The translations under genes and the position numbers were made by a program. A DNA stretch of 64,000 nt from Eledone cirrhosa (lineage: Eukaryota), in contig OZ024745.1 in the NCBI GenBank assembly GCA_964016885.1, positions 112,468,001 through 112,532,000 on the forward strand. Reading direction: 5' to 3'. The notes beneath the pieces are model-generated. The model saw only the letters and a list, made by a program, of their open reading frames with translations. It had not been told where the DNA came from and ran no database searches. Shown in pieces: positions 53,935-64,000 of the stretch. Position 1 is the stretch's first letter. Every line of letters begins with the position of its first letter.

Positions 53935-54694
53935 ACATTCATACACACACATAAGCATGCACACACATACATAAACATGCATACACATCTACATACACAC
54001 ACACTTCTACAATCACACACACTTCTACACACACACACATTTCTACGCACACACACACATACACACACACACACACACATATATATACATACATTCATAC
54101 ACACATGCATACATACACATACACACACATACACACACATACATACACATACATACACACACATACATACACACACATACATACACACATACACACACAT
54201 ACACACTCATACATACACACATATACACGCATGCATACACACACATACACACACAAGCATACACACACTTATGTGACATATAAGAGATAGAAATGAATAA
54301 ATGAATAAATATTCTAATCTCTTAATTAACTATTAACTTATTTGAAGTAAACAGAGTGAAGGAGAGTTTCGGCTAAAAGTGTTTTACAAAAGTCGCTTGC
54401 CACAATAAAAATATAATAAATCAAACCAAACGAGTGGATGTTTACGTGGTCGTTTAATCTGCTAGAAACAACGATCCAATCGTCTTTAATGTATAGTGAA
54501 GTTAGTTAAAGTCTGTTCTAAGCCGAAGGCTCATCAGGCCGATGCTTATCCCTGGTTTCCTTGGTGCTAAGCGACTGAGAGTACATACTCTCCCTAGACA
54601 GGATGCTGGTCTGTCGCAGATACCCACTCTCAGGTGAATGTACTGGAGCAACGTGAAATAAAGGGTTTTGCTCAAGAACACAACGTAGTCGAGA

Positions 54695-54957
54695 AAACCA
54701 AGTGCCAGTAACGCACAGGATTCTATTTAATCGACATTCCTCTTCTCTTCAAATTGCTGGCCTTGTGTCAATTGTAGAAACAATTATTAATTGTTTCTAC
54801 TTTAGGCACAAGGCCAGCAATTACCCAGTGCATTACTGGTACTTCATTTTATCGACCCCGTAAGGATGAAAGGCAAAGTCAACCTCGGCGGGATTTGAAC
54901 TCAGATCGTAAAGGGACGTAACTATGCTGGAAAGCATGGCGTCCGACCCTCTACTGA
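54695..54957. mobile_element. Tail-to-tail SINE family 1 pair (+ 54695-54790, - 54788-54957)
   Basis: Convergent GTAGAAACAATTA / TAATTGTTTCTAC junction. Confidence 0.8.
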
Positions 54958-55887
54958 TTATTAATGATAGGTGATGATATAAAAGTAATTTGGCTGCTGT
55001 TGTTAGCAGGCTGAACCACCTCAGAGAGGCTCCTTCATTGGTTCATTTCTTGAAAACAGAAAATATTAGTAAGTATGTGTAACAATCCACATTAAAAAAG
55101 TCTTTCCCGCTTACAATTTGAGTATCGATCACGAGGGAAAAAAATCCTTTGTCTATTGCCATGACAACTATAAAACACATGATAATGTCAATAATCGTAT
55201 TTCAATTTCCTGCTCTTTTCGAACCGCTGAATAATTTCGGATATTATAATATAAAATGAGGATATTTTTTTTGGCTAACAATCAGTTCCTAATTCAACTT
55301 CATTCTTGTCTCTGTCTCTATTGTAGTAATTTAAACACTCTTACATAAAAACACACGTTTAACTTAATTTCTCTTGAACAGTTTTTAACTCTATCTCCAA
55401 CATATATTCAAAACTAAATAACTTCCAGATAATATATATAAAAAAATGAAAAAAATATTCTTATTCTCAATTAAAGAAGAATTGAATGGCTAACCAAATA
55501 GTCACCACAATCTTTTATTTAACAAATACTATTTAACACTCCCGTAGCAATAAAGTCTCATTTTATTGCGAATTTGTATCAGTTTATTAGGAACCCACCA
55601 TATCTTCAACTCAAAGCAATATCATATTCCACAAAAATGATCAATAGGTGTGATAGTTTAAGGTTGATCTGCGTTGGTATGGATCAGATGGAGGGAAAAA
55701 CCAGATGATGCATTGGTGTGCTACAGGAACCTAATACACCTAACTTGGCTGTTGGGTACCTTCAGCGACATTTACTTTGTTGCAAGCACTCGGATCAGAT
55801 TTCCGCCATGAAAAACAGCTTGGTATCTGTGTGTTGCTTTCTGATTTAATAACTCCAGACTCTGAATTTCATCCTCCATTTACTTAC

Positions 55888-55939
55888 CTAGCATCATAGG
55901 CCTCTAAAAAACTCAGGAATGCGGCCCTTCCTCCCTTGA
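55888..55939 (-). CDS. Candidate 52-nt coding exon
   Basis: tttttattgtttag/ ... AG/gtaagt. A single open frame KGGRAAFLSFLEAYDA. Confidence 0.3.
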
Positions 55940-56636
55940 CTAAACAATAAAAATAGACATCACTATTGTTTCAGGTTGACACCTTTGTTATGACTGGGGT
56001 CTCTTGAGGAGAAGAAAACGTTTTATTTTCTCGTTTACTACGGTATCCTACTATAAACTACATTGTAACTTTTTTTTTTAAATTAAAATCTTCCATGGTC
56101 TGACCATAACTTATCCTGCAAGTCAACTGATTTTCCTGAAAAATCTATTTTAACGAATGAAATTCAAGTATCCACACAGTGGGCACTCGACTGTGATTTC
56201 TGTAACGTGAGACATATTCTACTGGATAAGACATTGGACTAGGTGCAGTACCTACACAGAATTACTAAACCACTGCTAGATAGATGTTCAGGACACAGAT
56301 ACATAGATATCAAGACGCATTTTAGAATACTTAATACATTCAGCCATACTCATTCTTGACTAAAGTTAACATTACATTTTCAATAGATTTAGTAGTGCAA
56401 TTATCATCTTTCACATTATATAAAAATGTTTTATAATATTTCTCCAGAGACACGAAAGCAACCGTCCTCTTACAAAGTTTTCTCATTGATGTTTCAAAAT
56501 TAATATCTGCGTATAATCCCTTGATGTGAACATTCTATATATGTTTACAGCTCCTATTTGTCTGAGAACTCCATATTTTGAAGGCGCCTGTTCTTTCTTT
56601 ATTTACACACACACACACACTCATATATATATATGG

Positions 56637-56725
<89 letters not shown>

Positions 56726-56726
56726 T

Positions 56727-56815
<89 letters not shown>

Positions 56816-57176
56816 GCATGTATATTCTAGTTTTATTTCATATATTTTCACCAATATAGAGTCGGTTTTTAACATATAAACAAAACTCTTTCATTGAAAT
56901 TTAGACATCAACTAGGTAATTATATATGCATGGCTGCATGTGTTTGTGTGGGTGCGTGCAGGTTTGCGTGGATCTGTATGTGTTGAATTATATGTGTACA
57001 TGTGCATATGTTTCTGTATCTATATATGTGTAAATGCAGTTATTATATGCTGAATTTCTGAAAGGTTTTATTTACGTTTTATTTACGTTTTATGAAATCG
57101 ATTCTGCAGTAGAATTTTACGAAATACTAAACCGAAAAAGGTCACCGTTTTCTAACAAAAGAAATAAAACCCTTAC

Positions 57177-57346
57177 ATTGCGAACCCCCTGTTCTAATAC
57201 TGGGGTTAGTTATTTCCCCCTCTTCTAATAAACGTTTAATATATAGAGGCCCCTCTTGATGACCAGGGCAATCAAAGTGTAAACTATCATACAAGCCTTC
57301 ATAATCTGCATTTTCAAACTTGCATATCATCAACATTGCTATTTCG
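57177..57346 (-). CDS. Candidate first coding exon
   Basis: ATG at 57336, 53 codons MLMICKFENADYEGLYD...SIRTGGSQ, and a phase-1 donor gtaagg that splices in frame to 55939. Confidence 0.3.
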
Positions 57347-57968
57347 CTGTTAATAAACAACGCTTTTCACGTCGCTCCACTTCTCATTGTACGCCGTCCA
57401 GCCCCAAGTGCATATTTTTATTTTACAAGTACAATCCATTAATGGTACAGTAAAAATATGTAAAACATTCCAAACATTCTTCTTTTCACTAATCCTTGAT
57501 ATTATATTGGCATCTGCTGGGCAGCTAATTTCCACTACTGTCCATGCTTTCTTCTCTCTGTCCCATATCATAATATCTGGTCTGTTATGCCTGCATTTTA
57601 TTGGGGTTTTTACTGGGACATTCCACCAGTACTCTTTCATATCATACATGGATGTCTTCCACATTGCTGTAGCTTTTAATGTGTTTATTATCGGGGCTAT
57701 CTTTTTTACGAACTGCATTGTACAGTGTTTTGGCCACTACATCATACCTCATAGGTAGATAGTACCGCGATGACATCTTTGAACAGCTGCTGATGACATG
57801 GGTGATATCCTCGATGATAGTTCTGCAGAGTCTGCACTTGTTATCACATCTAAGTGTTTTGCCTGCATCCCTATCTTTTTTGTGAATCAGGTATTTCGTG
57901 CTAATCTCCTGTTCTTGGATTGCAAAAGCGTATCCTTCAAAGTGGGAGCCAATATAGCGGTTGTTGGT

Positions 57969-59708
57969 TCAAGATAGACTACTTTCCTTATCTATATTAC
58001 ACTCACTCTGGAGCTTCCTGGCAACATATCCATGCAGGATTTTTTGCTGATAAGCATGCAGTTTTTCATCCATGGATTCACTGCGATACTGCTGAGCGAC
58101 ATCCCTGGGTGTGAGTTTTTGATTATCACACAGGGAATATCTCTCGAAGAGTTCCTTCCCAACTCTAATGATCTTATCTCTTTCATGCTCAAGAAACGGG
58201 CTCCTACGCTTCGAGGTTCGTAGATGTTGTCGGAGAGATATGATGCGACATTCAAATATTGTCTGGACTGATGTTAGGCCTCTGCTTCCCTGCTTACGTT
58301 TCAAATAAAGGCAGTCTATGTCACTGTTCATATGGAAGTTTCCGGTGTTGTTTAGTATTTTTCGAATTCCAACATCAATTGCTCGGATTTCGTCTATCGT
58401 CCAAATGAGTATTCCAAACGTTGGTGTTAGGACAGGCACAGCAAACACATTGTGAGCCACTGTTTTGTTTTGCGCAGAGAGTTCCGATGACCAGATCTTT
58501 CTTAATCGGGTGTAGTATTCCCTGGTTACGCGTTCTTTATTACAGATACCATTATAGGATATGTTCTCATCTATCCCCAGGTATCTGTAGCAGTCCTCAT
58601 CAGATATCGGTGAAACAGTTAGGCCATTGATGACAATGTTGCTAGATTGGGTTGTTGTTTTTCCCCGCTTTACAGTCATGTATGAGCATTTATCTTGGCC
58701 AAACTCCATTCCTATATCCTTTGAGAACGTTGTAACCAGGTCAAGATTTTTCTTCATCTCATCCATGTTCTTGGCATAGAGTTTCAGATCGTCCACAAAG
58801 AAATTATGGGTTAGGTTCGTATTTCTGTCCTCCTGTAAGCCAATGATGTATCCCTCGCATTTCTTGAGCAGAAAAGACAAGGGGTTTAATAACAAGATGA
58901 ATAATATCACAGAGAAACTGTCACCTTGAAATATACCCCTGCAATATTTTATTTTATCAGTGAAAATAGAGTCCTCCCTCTCTGTCTTTAACCTTGGGAT
59001 AGTAGCCCAAGAAGAAGACAGCCTCTCTATGGCTCTGACAATAATGTCTGGGACTTTAGCAAGTTGAAGGGCCTCTATCATCCAAGAGTGGGGAACAGAA
59101 TCGAAAGCTTTCCTGTATTCAAGCCAGACTGTAGCCATATTCCTCCTAAGTTGTTGCACCTCCGACATCGCAGTTTTGTTGATTAGGAGTTGTTCAGCAC
59201 ATCCCAAAACCCCTTTCTTTCCAGCTGCTTGTTCATCTGTGATGATGTTATTATTTTCACAGTGATCTTGGAGGAATAGGTTCAGGCAGGCTGTATACAT
59301 CTTATACATCAGGTTCTGGCATGCAATGGGTCGGTAGTTTTTTGCCAAGTGGGTGTCTTTTTTCTTGGGGACCAGTAATATTTGTGCTAATGTCAACCAT
59401 TCTGGTATAATTGTATCTCCCTTAAGAACTTGTTGGTAGAGGTCAGTAAGATACCGCCGATAGAATATTAGTTTTTTGTACCAGTAGCCGACAATCATGT
59501 CTCTTCCTGGTGTTTTCTTATCTTGGAGTTTTCCTATCACAGTCTCAAGGGTACCTTCACTTATTTCGTATGTTTTTGTTGCAGTGTAGGAGCAATAGTT
59601 CTTTCGGATTTCTCTTAGCCACACTGCATCTTGGTTGAAATTCTTCTTTTCACCCCATATTTTGCTCCAAAAGGAATCTGTCTTTCTGGGATGGGGCCTC
59701 AGTGACAC
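57969..59708 (-). pseudogene. Reverse transcriptase domain of the R4/Dong-like element
   Basis: 579-aa open segment with non-LTR RT motifs, flanked by frameshifts and stops. Confidence 0.92.
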
Positions 59709-60192
59709 TTATCATTTTGCCCTTCATATCTCTATAGACTGATGTTTGGTTTGGTCTGAATCTTTTATTAAGCTCTTTTCTCTCATCTACCTTCTTCAGG
59801 TATCGGCGTTTTTCGGTAACAGCTCTTAATTCTTGTTTGAGGGTGATCAGCTTATATTGGAGAGTTCTGGTTCTACTGTTACCAAACATCGTCTCTATTT
59901 TATTTTTCACTCTTTGTTGGTGAAGAGTGAGGTTTTTTGTGTTTGTTTGCATGTAAGGAGCATTGTCACATATCCTGTTTTTTCGTAGGTCAGCAATCTT
60001 TTTTTCTATTTTAGTTATATATGATGGTATTTTTGGTGGTGTTCTGTTCTTGTTAATATCTCTGCTATCACCAAGATAATGCTTCACTGTCGTTGCTAAG
60101 GCATATAAACAGGCGTTGATTTGCCAAAATGTTGGGGTTTTTATCCGTCGTAAATATTCATCCCCTATTTCGTCAATAACACATAATATTTC

Positions 60193-60387
60193 ATTATTTG
60201 GTCTTATCGGTAGAGGGTCGGACGCCATGCTTTCCAGCATAGTTACGTCCCTTTACGGTCTGAGTTCAAATCCCGCTGAGGTTAACTTTGCCTTTCATCC
60301 TTACGGTGTCAATAAAATAAAGTACCAGTAATACACTGGGATAATTGCTGGCCTTGTGCCAAAAAGTAGAAACAATTATTTGGTCTT
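60193..60387 (+). mobile_element. SINE family 1 inserted into the R4-like ORF
   Basis: 13-bp TSD ATTATTTGGTCTT at 60193-60205 and 60375-60387. The peptide RPNN is duplicated in the flanking ORFs. Confidence 0.92.
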
Positions 60388-61441
60388 TTATTAAACATTG
60401 TCGTTTTAATACGTTCAGCAAGAGAGATATTTATACATGAATTAATTTCTCTCTGGAAGATTTCGTTGAGGGAAAATTTCAATTGTTTATACTTTTGATT
60501 ATTATCATTATCGATAGTATTTTCCACAACAGTCGAGGTAGACTCGGATGGTACACATGGTGTCAAATTTCTTCGATTATTATTATTATTTCTTCGATTA
60601 TTATTATTATCGATAGTGTTTTCCCCAGCATTCGAGGTAGACTTAGATGGTACAGGTGGTGTCAAGTTTCTTACAAGCATAGTTGTTTCAAGGCACTGTT
60701 CGACCTGGCTGCTAGGAAGTCTAGTAGCATGGCGACCTGTAGCACGTGTTGTTGATAACATGTTTGTTGTGGGGACTTACAATTAAAAATATTTATCTTA
60801 TTTTTACGTTCAACAAACATCGCTTGTTGGCGTAATTGTTTCGCTGTGAAATAATTTAGCTCTGGGTGAATTTTGTCCCAGTGTAGCTTCATTCTGTTCA
60901 TATAGCCAATGGAGGGTTTTTTTTTGCCATTTTATAACAATTAAATAAATCATTATTAAGTTCGCAACTCCAAGAGAAATGTGATTTATAATTTCGGTTT
61001 CTTCTGTAGCTACAACTCAATAAAGTTTGTTTACCTTCCTTGCTATTTGTCTTCGGTACTTCCTTAATTTTGTTATTGATGTGTTCAGCCATGCTGTTTG
61101 TAGCAAATCCTTGTAAAATGAATTATGTATTTAGTCGGATATCTCTACGAATTCGAATAAAAGGTGTCTTCAGAAGATATAGTTAAAAGAATAACCAGTT
61201 ATTCAACCTGGCTGTAGTTATGGCATTACTATCGTAGATAGTATTCGTCTTAAATTTAATAAATAGTCTCCCATGCCAAAATATGCGACTGATCACGTTA
61301 TGTATGTATGTATTATGTATGTATTATGTATGTATGTATGTATGTATGTATGTAGTCACTATCGAAATACGAATTTCTCAGACGAATACAAGAGGTAAGG
61401 CGATATTTTATATTTCTTAATTTCCTAATCGACACACACTT

Positions 61442-61559
<118 letters not shown>

Positions 61560-61857
61560 TCATATGTGCGCATCAAAGTTATCAGTTCACTATACGCGGC
61601 GCCTGTCAAGTGAATGACAGTTATTCCCTACTGAAAAGTTTTCGTTATAACAGTAACATAATATAAAAATATACGTAATAGATAAAATTAAATTGCCTTG
61701 TTTTGTATGTAGTATGCCATCTAAACTTTCTCCATTTGGTCATATGATATCAGACCTTCATGTTTAACTGACTCTCTCTTCTCTTTCTCTTCATATCATT
61801 ACTACTAAATTACTTCATTCGATCCCCTCAGTTTTCTGGTATAAATAATTGTATAAA

Positions 61858-62041
61858 ATAATTGTTTCTACTTTTGGCTCAAGGCCAGCAATTACCCCAG
61901 TGCATTACTGGTACTTTATTTTATCGAACTCGTAAGGATGAAAACCAAAATTAACCTCGGCGGGATTTGAACTGAGACCGTAAAGGGGCGTAACTCTTTT
62001 CTGCAAAGCATGACGTCCGATCTTGTACCGATACTGCCAAT
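61858..62041 (-). mobile_element. SINE family 1
   Basis: Matches the family consensus. Confidence 0.85.
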
Positions 62042-62057
62042 AACAATTTAGGATATA

Positions 62058-63195
62058 CTAGCAGAATGGCCCGGCGCTGCTCGGGATTTGCTCTAGGGTT
62101 CTTATATATTTGATATATATTTATCCTTGTCAAGCCTCGTGAAATAAATACGTTTGTTTATATTTTGTTATTGTGTATGCAAAAATATCTGTACACGAAT
62201 ATATAATTATATATATATATATATATATATATTAAAATAACAGATTAAAGTTTAAGCAAAGAATCGCCGCTTTCACTCTTAACGGGATCTTCTGAATCTA
62301 AAAAATTAAATCTGTGAACGCAGAAGTAAATATTTCGAAAAACGTTACACACTATATATATATATACACACACTATATATACATATATATACACACACAC
62401 ACAGCTACCTCATAACGTTGTAATGCAGACAGCCAGGCATACAGACAGATATTATAAGGGCGCAAAGTTATATCTATGTATCTATCTAAAAAGAGAAAGA
62501 CTAAGAATTATAGAGAGAGATCGCTAAATCACCTAATGCGGTCCCTAGGGCATTGAAAATTCGAAATACTTTTTGCTCAAAACACTTACAGGACCATAAG
62601 TATTACATGTGTAAAGTTTGAAAACAATGGGTTGGGTGGTTCTCGAGTTTTAGTCATCGGACAGACAGACAGACATTCTCTGTTTTAGATATATAGACTA
62701 GCAGAAAACCACCCAGTGGGCGGTTTTCTGCTAGCAAATCTAGTGTATATACTGATATTGTTGAGATTTGGATGAGAAATGTTTTCGGCACCACAGGTTC
62801 ACCGTCTCTCGGTGTGTCTTTTATGCATGTATAAATATATATGTTATCTATACGGTGAAATCTTTGAAATAAATATATGTTAAAACGAAAAAGGAGAAAA
62901 AGAGATTAGTGACGGAAATATAAACGTTATGATACATAAACGTTATGATATAACGATGGAAATATGTAAACGTTTACGATAAAACGATGGAAATAGAAAC
63001 GTTTATATATAATGAAATGGCGAAACACTCGTAAGTCGAAACACTCGTAAAGCGAAACGTATAAATAAAGATTAATGTAATGAATTTGAAAAGCATAGAG
63101 ATTTGAAACCGCGTCTATTTGTTTCCTTGACATTTTTTACAGACGGACAGACAGACAAACAAACAGAGAAATGCCCATTATATATTATACGTAGA
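62058..63195 (-). mobile_element. Two head-to-tail non-autonomous Helitron-like units (62058-62697, 62698-63195)
   Basis: Minus strand: 5' TCTA...GTCTGTCTG starts at 62697 and 63195 (a third at 63703). 3' GC-rich hairpin plus CTAG ends at 62058 and 62698. Confidence 0.65.
62249..62299 (-). ncRNA. Fourth copy of the CAGAAGA hammerhead-like motif (family B)
   Basis: AGATT-CAGAAGA-TCCC(GTTAA)GAGT-GAAA-GCGG(CGATTCT)TTGC-TT-AAACT. Confidence 0.5.
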
Positions 63196-63711
63196 TTCAA
63201 TGACAACCTTCTTCAAATGGTCCTTATTATCAGCAGCAACAACCACAAATTCAATGGCAACCTTCTTCAAACCACAAATTCAATGGCAACCTTCTTCAAA
63301 TGGTCCTTGGCATGGTGTCAAGTCAGAACCGCCTCGAACTGGTTACTTCTGGCTTGTGCAAGGTGTCTCTATAGCAACCAGCGATTCCCTCGGCCTCAGT
63401 GACCAAAGTCAGTGGAGAGGGGAAGGTAATGTTTCTATAGCGGCAGTGTTTCTCTTGGTAGTACCAAAGTGGAGAAAGGAAGGGGAAGATAATATTTCTG
63501 TAGCACGTGTTTTAGCGTCTATTTACTCTCTCTCTCTCTCTCCCTCTCTCCCTCCCGCTATCCCCCTCTCGTAGTCTGTCTCTTTCTTTCACTCTCACTC
63601 TCTCTCTCTCTCTACGCGTGTGCAAAAAACATTCGCACGCGCGCACGTGTTTCCACTGTCGGACAGACAGACAGAGAAATTGCTGGTTATATATATAAGT
63701 AGATATATTCA

Positions 63712-63970
63712 AAGGCGGCGAATGGGCTGAGTCGTTAAAACATCGGATAGAATGCTTTGATGCATTCGTTTCGGCTCTCTACTCTCTGAGTTCAAATCCC
63801 GCTGAGGTCAGCTTTATCTTTCACCCTTTCGAGGTCGATAAAAATGTTCTAGTTGAGTACTGGGATCGATTCTTCCTCTATATCTTCTCACTTTCCCCTT
63901 TTCTATCTTTCCCTGAAAGCAATCTGCTGTATTCAGACCTGAAAAGGAGATTGGCTCTGCCAGGTTTTAA
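63712..63970 (+). mobile_element. SINE family 1 variant with alternative tail
   Basis: Matches 17262-17530. Confidence 0.7.
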
Positions 63971-64000
63971 AATGCCCTAATTTTGACGACCAAAAATTTG

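Larger units (their letters stand above)
57423..61100 (-). mobile_element. Near-full-length R4/Dong-like non-LTR retrotransposon (RT, CCHC knuckle, REL endonuclease), frameshifted
   Basis: ORF 57969..59708 has KTPGRD, NYRPIAC, KAFDSVPH, GIFQGDS, FFVDDLKLY, YRYLGI. CRLC-x8-H-x4-C near 57785-57838. HNRPDIMIWD...VVEISCP in 57350..57718. Confidence 0.92.

Overview
AT-rich, microsatellite-dense eukaryotic DNA. The SINE families look like those I recall from octopod cephalopods (inference, not searched). No intact, recognisable host gene is present: most listed ORFs are translations of (TA)n/(CA)n/(GA)n repeats, and only a low-confidence chain of small minus-strand exons could be seen. The window is mostly decayed transposons: about 30 tRNA-derived SINE copies, a nearly full-length R4/Dong-like non-LTR element (57.4-61.1 kb), CRE-, RTE-, CR1/Jockey-, mariner-, pogo- and Helitron-like fragments, and three different Penelope-like (PLE) GIY-YIG fragments. 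The signal the ORF track misses is RNA. Eight type I hammerhead ribozyme (HHR) motifs with canonical CUGANGA...GAAA...UH cores are present, plus a four-copy family with a CAGAAGA variant core and two decayed copies. They lie in PLE-like terminal repeats embedded in (TA)n tracts. One HHR family has a ~95-nt branched helix II supported by compensatory changes between two copies and a predicted pseudoknot. Several PLE ends form fold-back palindromes that turn at or near the HHR helix II loop. All structures were folded by eye, and TE boundaries are approximate.
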